From Candidatus Bipolaricaulota bacterium (GTDB lineage: Bacteria > Bipolaricaulota > Bipolaricaulia > RBG-16-55-9), in assembly GCA_026982655.1 (NCBI GenBank), contig JALSGO010000100.1:1-58592 (forward strand): a DNA stretch of 58,592 nt, in the 5' to 3' direction. Below the pieces are notes generated by a model that saw nothing but the letters and a program-made list of their open reading frames with translations, ran no database searches and was not told the DNA's origin. Below are positions 24,906-33,161 of the stretch, piece after piece. Position numbers and translations under genes: made by a program. Within the stretch, counting starts at the first letter, position 1. Every line of letters starts with the position of its first letter.

Positions 24906-25682
24906 ATGAGGAAGCACATCGAGGGGTCCCCTCCGGGGGCGAAGCGGGTGGCCCTCGTCACCGGGGCGAGCCGGGGGATCGGCGCGGCCACGGCGATCGC
25001 CCTCGCCCGTCGAGGCTTCCACGTGGCCGTGAACTACCTCCGAAACGAGGAGAGAGCCCGGGCCGTCGTGCGCGAGGTCGAGCGCCTGGGCCGCCGGGCC
25101 GTGGCCCTGCAGGCGGACGTGGGCGACTACCCTCAAGTCCAGAGGCTGATCGCCCAGACGGTGGACGCGCTGGGCGGGCTCCACGCCCTGGTGAACAACG
25201 CGGGCTACTCCTCCCATGCTTCCCTCGAGGAGCTTTCCATCGAGGAATGGCACCGCATGGTGGCCGTGACCCTCGACGGGGCCTTCTACTGCTGCAAGGA
25301 GGCCGCCCCCCACATGAAGAGGGCCGGTTGGGGCCGAATCGTCAACGTCTGCTCCCTGCGGGCGATGACGGGCTCCGACCACGGGGCGCACTACGCCTCC
25401 GCCAAAGCGGGCCTGCTCGGGCTCACGAAGTCGTTGGCCTTGGAGCTGGCCCCCGAGATCACGGTCAACGCCGTATCCCCCGGCTACACCCTCACGGACA
25501 TGACCCGGACCGCGCTGGAGGACCCTCAAAAAGCTGAGAGAATTCGGGCGCAGATCCCGCTGAGGCGTCCGGCCTCCCCGGAGGAGATCGCCGCCGTGAT
25601 CGCCTTCCTCTGCTCGGAGGACGCGGGCTACCTCACGGGGGAGACGATCAACGTCAACGGCGGAATCTACATGCGCTCGTGA
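24906..25682 (+). CDS. short-chain dehydrogenase/reductase, 3-oxoacyl-ACP reductase (FabG)-like
   Basis: ORF 24651-25682 trimmed to ATG 24906. VALVTGASRGIG cofactor motif, NNAG, and the YASAKAG catalytic Y-x3-K. Confidence 0.85.
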   Translation: MRKHIEGSPPGAKRVALVTGASRGIGAATAIALARRGFHVAVNYLRNEERARAVVREVERLGRRAVALQADVGDYPQVQRLIAQTVDALGGLHALVNNAGYSSHASLEELSIEEWHRMVAVTLDGAFYCCKEAAPHMKRAGWGRIVNVCSLRAMTGSDHGAHYASAKAGLLGLTKSLALELAPEITVNAVSPGYTLTDMTRTALEDPQKAERIRAQIPLRRPASPEEIAAVIAFLCSEDAGYLTGETINVNGGIYMRS

Positions 25683-27235
25683 TGCCTCTGCGCTTTGCCT
25701 ACGGCCTTGCGGCGCTCTCCGGCCTGCTCCTCTCCGGGAGCATGCCGGGGCCCGATCTGGGAGCGCTCGCTTGGGTGGCCCTTGTCCCCCTGCTCTGGGC
25801 CCTCCACGGTCGAAGCCCCCGAGAGGCCTTTCGGCTGGGAGGGCTTGCGGGCCTCGTCTACTTCGGGACGCTGCTCTACTGGGTGTACGCCGTGTGGGAT
25901 TGGGCCTCCTTCGCCATCGTCCCCGGGCACCTGATCTTGTCGGGGTATCTAGCGCTCTACTGGGGGGCCTTCGGCGCGCTCTCCGCCTTCCTCGCGCGGC
26001 GGCTCCCCCTAAGCCTTCTGACGATCGCCCTGCCGGCCCTGTGGGTGGTGCTGGAGTACGTCCGGGCGCTGGGGCGCTTCGGATTCCCCTGGGGCCAGGC
26101 CGCCGACGCCCTCTACCAGCAGCTTCCGTTCGTGCAGCTCGCCTCCCTAGGGGGCATCTGGGCCGTCTCCTTCTTGGTGGTGTTCGTCAACGCCCTGATC
26201 TTCGCCGCCGTACGAGCCCGCAGCGCGCGCTACGGGCTCCTGGCCCTGGGGGTGCTGGCGGCGGCGTTCCTATGGGGTCAGACGCGGCTGGCGGCCCCGA
26301 TCCCCGAGGGACCCGAGCGGAAGCTCGCGCTGGTGCAGCCGAGCATCCCCCAGCGGCTCCGGGGGAACCCGCAGCTGCTGGAGGAGCACGCCCGGGTCTA
26401 CTTCCGGCTGCTGGAGGAGGTCGCCCGTTCGGAGACCCCGGCGGACTGGGTGGTGCTCCCGGAGTCGATCCTGCCCACCCTGGTGCTCGACGACCCTCGG
26501 GTCTTGGAGCCGTTGAGGGAGTGGGCAGCCGGGCAGAACGTGACGCTCTTGTTCGGGACGTACATCGCGGAAGGGGAGGATATCTTAAACGGCGCGACGG
26601 GCCTCTCCCCTTCGGGAGAGGTGCTCGGCCGGTACGCCAAGGTGCAGCTCGTCCCCTTCAGCACGGAGTACTTTCCGGGGGCCTCTCTCCTGGAGAGACT
26701 GGGGATCACGCGCTTCCTGCCCGTGGGGACGCGGCTGGGGCTGCTCACCCCCGGCTCGGGCTGGGAGCCGCTCCTCTTGCCCGAAGGGGCGGTGGGGACC
26801 CCCATCTGCTTCGAGTCGATCTTCTCCCGCATCGCGCGGGCGTTCGTCCGCAACGGGGCGGAACTGATCATCACCGTGACGAACGACGCGTGGTTTAAGC
26901 GCACCTGGGCGCTGGAGCAGCACTTCGCCAAGGGGGTCTTCCGGGCCGTGGAGACGGGGCGCTACTTCGTCCAGGCGGCCAACACGGGGATCTCCGGGAT
27001 CGTCGACCCGCGGGGCCGGATCCTCGCCCAGACAAAAAAGGACGAGCGCACGGTGCTTTGGGGCACCGTGCGCCTGCTGCAGGGGCGTACGCCCTTTGTG
27101 CGCTACGGTGATGGGTTCGTCTATCTCCTCGGGTTGATCGTGCTCTGGGTGCTGGTGCGGGCACGGAGCGGGCTGAGAGGACCCGTCGTCACGCCGACTG
27201 CCCCGGACTCCTCACGGCCCGCGCTCGGAGCCTGA
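25682..27235 (+). CDS. lnt: apolipoprotein N-acyltransferase
   Basis: ATG 25682 overlaps the upstream TGA (GTGATG). Multi-TM N-terminal half plus a CN-hydrolase half (VVLPES, ICFESIF, TNDAWF). Confidence 0.85.
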   Translation: MPLRFAYGLAALSGLLLSGSMPGPDLGALAWVALVPLLWALHGRSPREAFRLGGLAGLVYFGTLLYWVYAVWDWASFAIVPGHLILSGYLALYWGAFGALSAFLARRLPLSLLTIALPALWVVLEYVRALGRFGFPWGQAADALYQQLPFVQLASLGGIWAVSFLVVFVNALIFAAVRARSARYGLLALGVLAAAFLWGQTRLAAPIPEGPERKLALVQPSIPQRLRGNPQLLEEHARVYFRLLEEVARSETPADWVVLPESILPTLVLDDPRVLEPLREWAAGQNVTLLFGTYIAEGEDILNGATGLSPSGEVLGRYAKVQLVPFSTEYFPGASLLERLGITRFLPVGTRLGLLTPGSGWEPLLLPEGAVGTPICFESIFSRIARAFVRNGAELIITVTNDAWFKRTWALEQHFAKGVFRAVETGRYFVQAANTGISGIVDPRGRILAQTKKDERTVLWGTVRLLQGRTPFVRYGDGFVYLLGLIVLWVLVRARSGLRGPVVTPTAPDSSRPALGA

Positions 27236-28534
27236 ACCTGAACCCATCGCCTCCCTCCGGAGGGAAGCGGGGTGCACGTTGAAGGTCCCCACGGTGGTCA
27301 GGGGTCCGGTGACGGCAAGGGTGTCGGGGTCCAGCATGAAGATCTGGAAGTCCCCGTCGCGGTTGGAGACGAAGGCGATCCGGCCGTCCGGGAGCCAGAC
27401 GGGGCTGAGGTCTTCGGCAGAGTGGGTGGTGACCTGCGCCAGGCCCGTCCCGTCGGCGTTGATCGTGAAGAGGTCGAAGTTGCCGTTCCGGTCCGAGGCG
27501 AAGACGATCTTCGTCCCATCGGGACTCCAGGAGATCCCGCCGCGGAAGACGGGCGCGGGGCTGGTGAACATCCCGCCGAAGTCCATGAACAGGTCGCCAC
27601 GGAAGCCGTCGGCGTCCGCGTTGTCCGTAAGCTGGGTAAGACCCGTCCCGTCAGGACGGATCTTATAAATCTCGAAATCCCCGTCGCGGTCGGAGGCGAA
27701 GGCGATCCACTCCCCGTCCGGCGACCAGGCGGGGGCCAGCGCGTGGCTTCCGGCCTCCACGAAGAGCTCCGTCATCTGGTCGGTCTCGAGGTCGTAGACG
27801 TAGAGCCCGAACGCCGTCCCTAGGTTGTCTTTATCGGAGGCGAAGACGATCTTCGTCCGATCGGGGGACCAGCTGGGCTGGACCTCGTGACTTACGGTCT
27901 GCACGGGCGTGAGGTTGATGGGGAGCGTCCCGTCCGGCTCCGAGAGGAACAGGTCGAAGGAGCAGTTGGGGCAGTCCATCAGCGTGGAGCGCGCGGAGGA
28001 GAAGGCCAGCCGATCCCGCCCGTTGGGGGCCAGCGCCGGGAACATGTCGGGCCCCGGGACGTCCGTCACCTGGGCCGGGTTGCTCCCGTCCGTGTCCATA
28101 CGAAAGATTTCTACGTCCCCGGTGCGGTCGGAGGTGAAGTAGATGCTCGAGGCGCCCACCGTGACCACGACGGTATCGCTGTTTTGCTTGCCCAAGTTAT
28201 CCGTTACGGTCAGGATCACGAGGTACGTCCCCTCCGCGAGGAACTCGTGAGAGGCCGTCTGAGCGTCGACGGTCGGGCTGCCGTCTCCAAAGTCCCATAC
28301 AAACGAGACGATGGTTCCGTCCGGATCGTAAGAGGCGCTCCCGTCGAACTGCACCGTCAAGGGGGCCTCCCCGGAGGTGGGCGAGGCATTCGCGATGGCC
28401 ACCGGCGGCTGGTTCACGAACGCCGGACAGCCCGCAAGCCCTACGGCCAAGCCGCCCAGCACGAAGAGCGCAAGGGCCCGCTGTCCCAGCCGGGCCACGA
28501 TCCCCCGTCTCGTTTCGTTCTCAAACATCTCCAT
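27212..28534 (-). CDS. lipoprotein with a PKD domain and TolB-like PD40 beta-propeller repeats
   Basis: ATG 28534 lies 8 nt after GGAGG (complement of 28543-28547). Lipobox LAGC. PKD block PLTVQFDGSASYDPDGTIVSFVWDFGDG. Repeated SPDG..IAF.SDRDG..EI motifs. Confidence 0.8.
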   Translation of the reverse strand: MEMFENETRRGIVARLGQRALALFVLGGLAVGLAGCPAFVNQPPVAIANASPTSGEAPLTVQFDGSASYDPDGTIVSFVWDFGDGSPTVDAQTASHEFLAEGTYLVILTVTDNLGKQNSDTVVVTVGASSIYFTSDRTGDVEIFRMDTDGSNPAQVTDVPGPDMFPALAPNGRDRLAFSSARSTLMDCPNCSFDLFLSEPDGTLPINLTPVQTVSHEVQPSWSPDRTKIVFASDKDNLGTAFGLYVYDLETDQMTELFVEAGSHALAPAWSPDGEWIAFASDRDGDFEIYKIRPDGTGLTQLTDNADADGFRGDLFMDFGGMFTSPAPVFRGGISWSPDGTKIVFASDRNGNFDLFTINADGTGLAQVTTHSAEDLSPVWLPDGRIAFVSNRDGDFQIFMLDPDTLAVTGPLTTVGTFNVHPASLRREAMGSGSGSERGP

Positions 28535-28801
28535 AGATAGGTCCTCCTTGCTCCGCTCCCGGCATCTCTCTCGCTCTCGATCGGCATCCTCAAAGCGCAA
28601 TGCAATTGGGTCTGCTTTCAGCGTAGGAAACCCGGCCCGCCTCCCCAAGGACCGCCGTTCTCGGCGACCCTCTGCTTTGTCTACTCCGGGGACGACAGCG
28701 GTCCCCTCGCCCCCGGCCCCCTCGTCCCGCTACACTCGGGGTGAAACTTTTAGGGGGGGGTGCGGTGTATATGGCGGCGAGCGACGAAGAAAGGAACCGC
28801 G

Positions 28802-29353
28802 ATGGGTGAGGGAGAACTTCGGCTGGTTCAGCAGGCGCTCCAAGGCGACATCGACGCTTGGGGGGAGATCGTGAGACGCTATAAATCCGCCGTGTACGGG
28901 GTGGCCCTCGGGATCTTGGGCAACCCCGCCGACGCCGAAGACATCGTCCAAGACGCCTTCATCCGCGCGTACGAGAACCTACATCGCTATGATCTCAAAC
29001 GGAAGTTCAGCACCTGGCTCTTCACGATCACGGCCAACCTCTGCAAGAACAAACTGCGCCGGGAGCGCTTCTTCGCGCCGCTTAAAGGGCTCTCCCAAAT
29101 TCGGGGCGGAGAAGACCCCGCCGAGACGGTGGCGCGGGAGGAGCGCTGCTCCCGGGTCCAAGAGGCGCTCCAAGAGCTGGACGAGAAGTACCGGACACCG
29201 CTGGTGTTGCGATATTACAGTGACCTCGAATACAAGGAGATCGCCGAAGCCCTCGGAATCCCTGAAGGGACGGTCAAGACGCGGATTCACCGGGGGAAGC
29301 AGGCGCTCAAGCACTGGTTGGAAGCGAAAGGGGTGATCGAGAGTGCGAGATGA
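28802..29353 (+). CDS. ECF-type RNA polymerase sigma factor
   Basis: ATG 28802. Region 2 (DAEDIVQDAFIRAYENL, FSTWLFTIT.N) and region 4 (YSDLEYKEIAEALGIPEGTVKTRIHRG) motifs. Confidence 0.9.
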   Translation: MGEGELRLVQQALQGDIDAWGEIVRRYKSAVYGVALGILGNPADAEDIVQDAFIRAYENLHRYDLKRKFSTWLFTITANLCKNKLRRERFFAPLKGLSQIRGGEDPAETVAREERCSRVQEALQELDEKYRTPLVLRYYSDLEYKEIAEALGIPEGTVKTRIHRGKQALKHWLEAKGVIESAR

Positions 29354-29969
29354 ACTGTATCGGGAGACTCGCCCCTCCCATGGGCCGGAGGAAGACGAGG
29401 TCGCTCGCCTCGTCAAGGAGGGACTGGAGTACGAGGCCCTCCGGGGGGCGGAGCGGCTGGCGGGCTTGGAACTACGCGTGATGCGCGCTCTGGAGGAGCG
29501 CCGTGCCCGCGCCCGCCGCAGCCCCCGCCGCAGCCCCGCCCGACGCCTCCTCGAGGTCCTCGAGGGGCTCCGAGCTCCCCGGCCCGCGCGGGCGCTTGCG
29601 GCGACGGCGGCGGCCCTGGCGATCTTTGCGCTCGGCTTCCTCGTGGGATCGTGGGCGAGCGATCCGTTCGTGGCCGAGCGGGGCGTGGAGTTCGTGATCT
29701 ACCACCCCGAGGCCCGGCAGGTCTCGCTCGCCATCAGCTACCCCGTCGAAGGCCGTCCCGAGTGGCAGGACATCCCGATGAAGAAGCGGGACGGCCTCTG
29801 GTACATCAGCCTGCAGCTCCCGCCCGGAACGTACGAGTACGGCTTCAAGATCGACGGCGAGTGGTGGGCCTACGACCCCGCCGCCGACTATCTGGTGCGC
29901 AGCGCCGACAACACCGTCAACGCCGTGCGCGAGATCCGCGTCGGCAGCCCCCGGAGGGATACCTCATGA
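29343..29969 (+). CDS. putative anti-sigma factor: cytoplasmic N-terminus, one TM helix, extracytoplasmic CBM48/AMPK-beta-like domain
   Basis: GTG 29343 overlaps the sigma gene by 11 nt. TM helix ALAATAAALAIFALGFLVG. The C-terminal WYISLQLPPGTYEYGFKIDGEWWAYDP fits the glycogen-binding/early-set motif. No HxxxCxxC zinc motif. Confidence 0.65.
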   Translation: MRDELYRETRPSHGPEEDEVARLVKEGLEYEALRGAERLAGLELRVMRALEERRARARRSPRRSPARRLLEVLEGLRAPRPARALAATAAALAIFALGFLVGSWASDPFVAERGVEFVIYHPEARQVSLAISYPVEGRPEWQDIPMKKRDGLWYISLQLPPGTYEYGFKIDGEWWAYDPAADYLVRSADNTVNAVREIRVGSPRRDTS

Positions 29970-30781
29970 TGACGGCCACCCGCCGAAGATCACGCAGCCA
30001 GAAGCCGCTCTTGAGGCTTGCAGCCGTCGCCGTCGCTGTCACCGTCGCGCTACTCCTCGGAGCGCCGGGGGTGTCTGTGAGCGCTCAGCCCGCTCCGGAC
30101 GTCTGCGGCGCGATTCAGGGTCTGCCGATCTCAGACGCCGCCAAAGAGGCCCTCTGCCGGGACTTCCAAGCCGGGATCGCCCGCGGGCACCTCCGGCCGG
30201 AGCGGGCCCTGCAGTTCCTTAAGGAAGTCGGAGCCCGAATCACGGACGAGAGCCGCGCCGCCGCCGAGGAGCTGCTGGCGCTCGTCGGGCGGACGGTCAA
30301 CCCGGCTACGGGCGACCTCCCTGCGGAGGTGTTGATTCGCCGGACGTTTGAGGTCTTCAGCCGGGAGCAAGACCCGGAGGAGGCCTTGAACACGGCGCTG
30401 CGCGAGGCGACCGCGCTGCAGCGGGCTCTTGCGAGCGTGGCGGCGGTCTACCGTGGGCTGGGGATCTTTCTCGAGCCGAACGTATCGGAGAAGACCCTCG
30501 AGACCGAGCAGGGGGCCGTTGCGCTCACAGTCCTCCGGGTGGACACCGTGATCACGGCCACCGTGGTGGCGCTCGATCGCTTCGAGCGCCGACTGGACCG
30601 CCGATTGGACGACGCTCAGGGCATGAAAACGGAGGTGATGAAGGAGCTTCGATCTCCTTCGTTCTACGGGGCCCAGGCCCTCCCGGACGCGTTGGTGCAA
30701 TACATCGACGCCCGCACCGACGGGCGGGAGTGGGCTCCCATCGTGAGGCAGCTGGCCGCGGACCGCGGACGGAGTTCTTAA
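29966..30781 (+). CDS. secreted, predominantly alpha-helical hypothetical protein
   Basis: ATG 29966 overlaps the upstream stop (ATGA). Signal peptide LLRLAAVAVAVTVALLLGAPGVSVSA. I recognise no family. Confidence 0.6.
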   Translation: MMTATRRRSRSQKPLLRLAAVAVAVTVALLLGAPGVSVSAQPAPDVCGAIQGLPISDAAKEALCRDFQAGIARGHLRPERALQFLKEVGARITDESRAAAEELLALVGRTVNPATGDLPAEVLIRRTFEVFSREQDPEEALNTALREATALQRALASVAAVYRGLGIFLEPNVSEKTLETEQGAVALTVLRVDTVITATVVALDRFERRLDRRLDDAQGMKTEVMKELRSPSFYGAQALPDALVQYIDARTDGREWAPIVRQLAADRGRSS

Positions 30782-30812
30782 GCGTTAGGAAATCCCAAAG
30801 GAGGGATCTACG

Positions 30813-32195
30813 ATGAGAACCAGGAACGCAAGGTTTTTGAGCGCCGTAACGCTGATGCTGGCGCTCTTGGTCGGATTCGGCTACGCGGGGTACACCCAAG
30901 CCCCTCAAGGGGTCATCGTCGTGCCCCCGTCGGACCAAATTCAAGTGGACATCAGCCTGCCCAAGACCGTTTACCAGGTGGGCGAGGAGATCCAGATCTT
31001 CATCCAGACGAACGCACCGAGCGTCTCTTACGTCTACCTAAACGTGGTGGACATCGACGCGGCGGGGCGGTGCACCCTCATCTTCCCCAACGCCTTTAGC
31101 CCCAATCCCTTGGTGCCCGTCGGCGCGTTCGTGATCCCGGACAACCCGAGCCTCTACCGCCTACGGGTGGTTCCGCCCGCGGGGACGGAGTACCTTCAGG
31201 CGTTCGCCAGCCTCGACCCTCTGGACTTGAGGCAGCTCTTCAACGCGCCGAGCACTCCGGGGACGCCGTTCCCCACGTTGTGTACCAACCCGGCGGAGTT
31301 TGTCCAACAGGTGCAGGGGGCCATCGCGCAGGGCATCATCGCCGAGGCCCGCTTCGCTACCGATTGGGTGAGCTTCCAAGTGGTGGACACCCAGGGCCCG
31401 CCGCCCCCGCCCCCGAACCGGCCGCCCGTCGCCCAGTTTTCCCTTACCCCTCCGACCCCTACGGTAGGGCAGCCGGTGAGCTTCACCTCTACGTCGTTTG
31501 ATCCCGATCCGGGCGATTTCATCGTCCAACACCTCTGGAACTTCGGCGACGGGACGACGGCCCAGGGGGCGACCGTCTTCCACACCTACACCGCGCCGGG
31601 CACGTACCAGGTCACCCTCACCGTCACGGACAACCGTGGGGCCTCCTCCGTCGCCGTGCAAACGGTCACCGTTCTCTCCGCACCCCAGCCGCCGCCTCTC
31701 CCTCCCACCCAGGTCGGCTTCTACATCCGTGCCCTGGACGACACGCGCTTCCTCCTGACGGTCCAAGGGGACCCGAGCTGGTTGACCGCCCGCCCCTACC
31801 AGATCTTCCTCGAGACGGATGGGGCCTTCGTGAGCGTGGAACAACAGATCGTGGGCAACGTGGCCCCTCAGGGGATCGTCCCCGTGCCCGCCAACCAGAC
31901 GACGCTCACGCTCAGCGGTGCCGTCGCCTCCGGGCGGGTAGACTACATCATCGGGGTCTCGCCCACCGCCACCAAGGTCAAGTTCGATCTCCGCTTGGAT
32001 TGGAACGGCGACGGGATCCCGGAGCGACGCACGGACTTCGTCTACATAGGGAGCCAGCTGCGCCATCCGCCCTCCAATCCCTTCGTGCTCAGCTTCGCTC
32101 CCGGCGGGATCTCCCTGGAAGTCCAGATCTGCTTGGTGCTCGTAGACGTGCCGGGGTTCCAGTTCATCATCTGTTTCCGCTTCGGGAGCCTATAG
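30813..32195 (+). CDS. secreted DUF4384 - PKD - unnamed C-terminal domain protein
   Basis: ATG 30813 follows AAAGGAGGG. Has a signal peptide. DUF4384-like YQVGEEIQIFIQTN...YVYLNVVDIDAAGRCTLIFPN. PKD block NRPPVAQF...WNFGDGTTAQG...YQVTLTVTDNRG. The C-terminal 160 aa are homologous to the end of the S8 protease. Confidence 0.75.
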   Translation: MRTRNARFLSAVTLMLALLVGFGYAGYTQAPQGVIVVPPSDQIQVDISLPKTVYQVGEEIQIFIQTNAPSVSYVYLNVVDIDAAGRCTLIFPNAFSPNPLVPVGAFVIPDNPSLYRLRVVPPAGTEYLQAFASLDPLDLRQLFNAPSTPGTPFPTLCTNPAEFVQQVQGAIAQGIIAEARFATDWVSFQVVDTQGPPPPPPNRPPVAQFSLTPPTPTVGQPVSFTSTSFDPDPGDFIVQHLWNFGDGTTAQGATVFHTYTAPGTYQVTLTVTDNRGASSVAVQTVTVLSAPQPPPLPPTQVGFYIRALDDTRFLLTVQGDPSWLTARPYQIFLETDGAFVSVEQQIVGNVAPQGIVPVPANQTTLTLSGAVASGRVDYIIGVSPTATKVKFDLRLDWNGDGIPERRTDFVYIGSQLRHPPSNPFVLSFAPGGISLEVQICLVLVDVPGFQFIICFRFGSL

Positions 32196-32213
32196 CGGAC
32201 AGAGGCCCTCGCG

Positions 32214-32245
32214 CCGTCCCCCGGACCGGACGGTCCGGGGGACGG
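32214..32245 (+). promoter_or_regulatory. very stable intercistronic hairpin
   Basis: ccgtcccccggacc (32214-32227) pairs perfectly with ggtccgggggacgg (32232-32245): a 14-bp stem with a GGAC tetraloop and no U-tract. Confidence 0.55.
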
Positions 32246-32286
32246 CCTGCGGCTCCGAGACGGGGCGCACCCGGGAGGAGGAGACG

Positions 32287-33132
32287 ATGAGAGCAAACTC
32301 GACATTCTCAATATGGAAGATCGGTCTGGGAACGGCCCTGCTTGCGTGGATCTTGGCCCCGCAGCTCGGTCCCCCCCGGGACGGCTATGCCGCGGGGGGG
32401 ATGGTAGAGGTCCCACGGCACTTCCGGACGGTGCTCCCCCTTGCCCCTGTAGACGTCGTAGGAGTGGTCCGGACCGCCCAGCAACAGGGCTACTGGATTC
32501 GCATCCAGACGGGAACGGATGTGACGTACTTTAAAGGCATGACGCCCTGCTCCGCCTGCGATCCCTCCCAAGAGGCGACGTTTTTCGTCCCGCCGTGGCT
32601 GGTTGTGGACCGACAGTGGTTCTGGCTCCATCGGGACGAGCCCGGCTGGATCCTGCACCTTAGGCCCTCGGGGGAGCAGACGGGATCGTACGAGATGATC
32701 GTCTCGCCCAAACTCCCCAAGACGGAGCTCACAAGCGACGACCTCGAGGGGATCGTAGGGGTGCTGGCCCCCTTCGGTCTGCTTCCTCAGACGCCTTCCT
32801 TGACGTTGGAGCCGTATATCGTCCCGGCCAAGCCCGCGCCCCCGGAGGGCGTCCGGCTGGACTCCGTGCTCTACGGGTTGGTGCTCGCGCCGGACTGGAC
32901 CCTATACGCCCGTGAACGGGGCATCGAACGATCGGGGCTCCGAGTCCGGGTGGTGATCGAGCGCAGCGCGCCGGGCGCGTTGCCATCACCGGCGTGGGAG
33001 CTGGTGATCGAGGCCGAATCCGAAGGGTTTATCCGCGCCCAGGCGCTCATCCCGCGGCTGGTGGAGCTGGCCCGGGATCCGGCGGTAGGGTTCGTCCGAC
33101 CGCCGACCCGCCCCCAGCCCGGCACCCCTTAA
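32287..33132 (+). CDS. secreted hypothetical protein whose C-terminal half resembles the pro-domain of the downstream S8 protease
   Basis: ATG 32287 follows GGAGGAGGAG. Signal peptide IGLGTALLAWILA. The C-terminus LDSVLYGLV...GLRVRVVIERS...FIRAQALIPRLVELARDPAVGFVRPPTRP parallels the S8 N-terminus VDSALAQLL...NAILVVAEVS...LKLRIPLQNQPLTLLLKLAQLGGIRFVRPPLRP. Confidence 0.65.
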   Translation: MRANSTFSIWKIGLGTALLAWILAPQLGPPRDGYAAGGMVEVPRHFRTVLPLAPVDVVGVVRTAQQQGYWIRIQTGTDVTYFKGMTPCSACDPSQEATFFVPPWLVVDRQWFWLHRDEPGWILHLRPSGEQTGSYEMIVSPKLPKTELTSDDLEGIVGVLAPFGLLPQTPSLTLEPYIVPAKPAPPEGVRLDSVLYGLVLAPDWTLYARERGIERSGLRVRVVIERSAPGALPSPAWELVIEAESEGFIRAQALIPRLVELARDPAVGFVRPPTRPQPGTP

Positions 33133-33161
33133 CACGAACGCAACGTAAAGGAGTACTGCCT

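Noticed and set aside
28742-28771. A candidate promoter for the ECF sigma gene (TGAAAC-18-TGTATA).
   Set aside because: The hexamers are weak and fit neither the sigma70 pattern seen elsewhere in the window nor a clear ECF GGAAC...CGT pattern. Support is too weak to list it as a feature.
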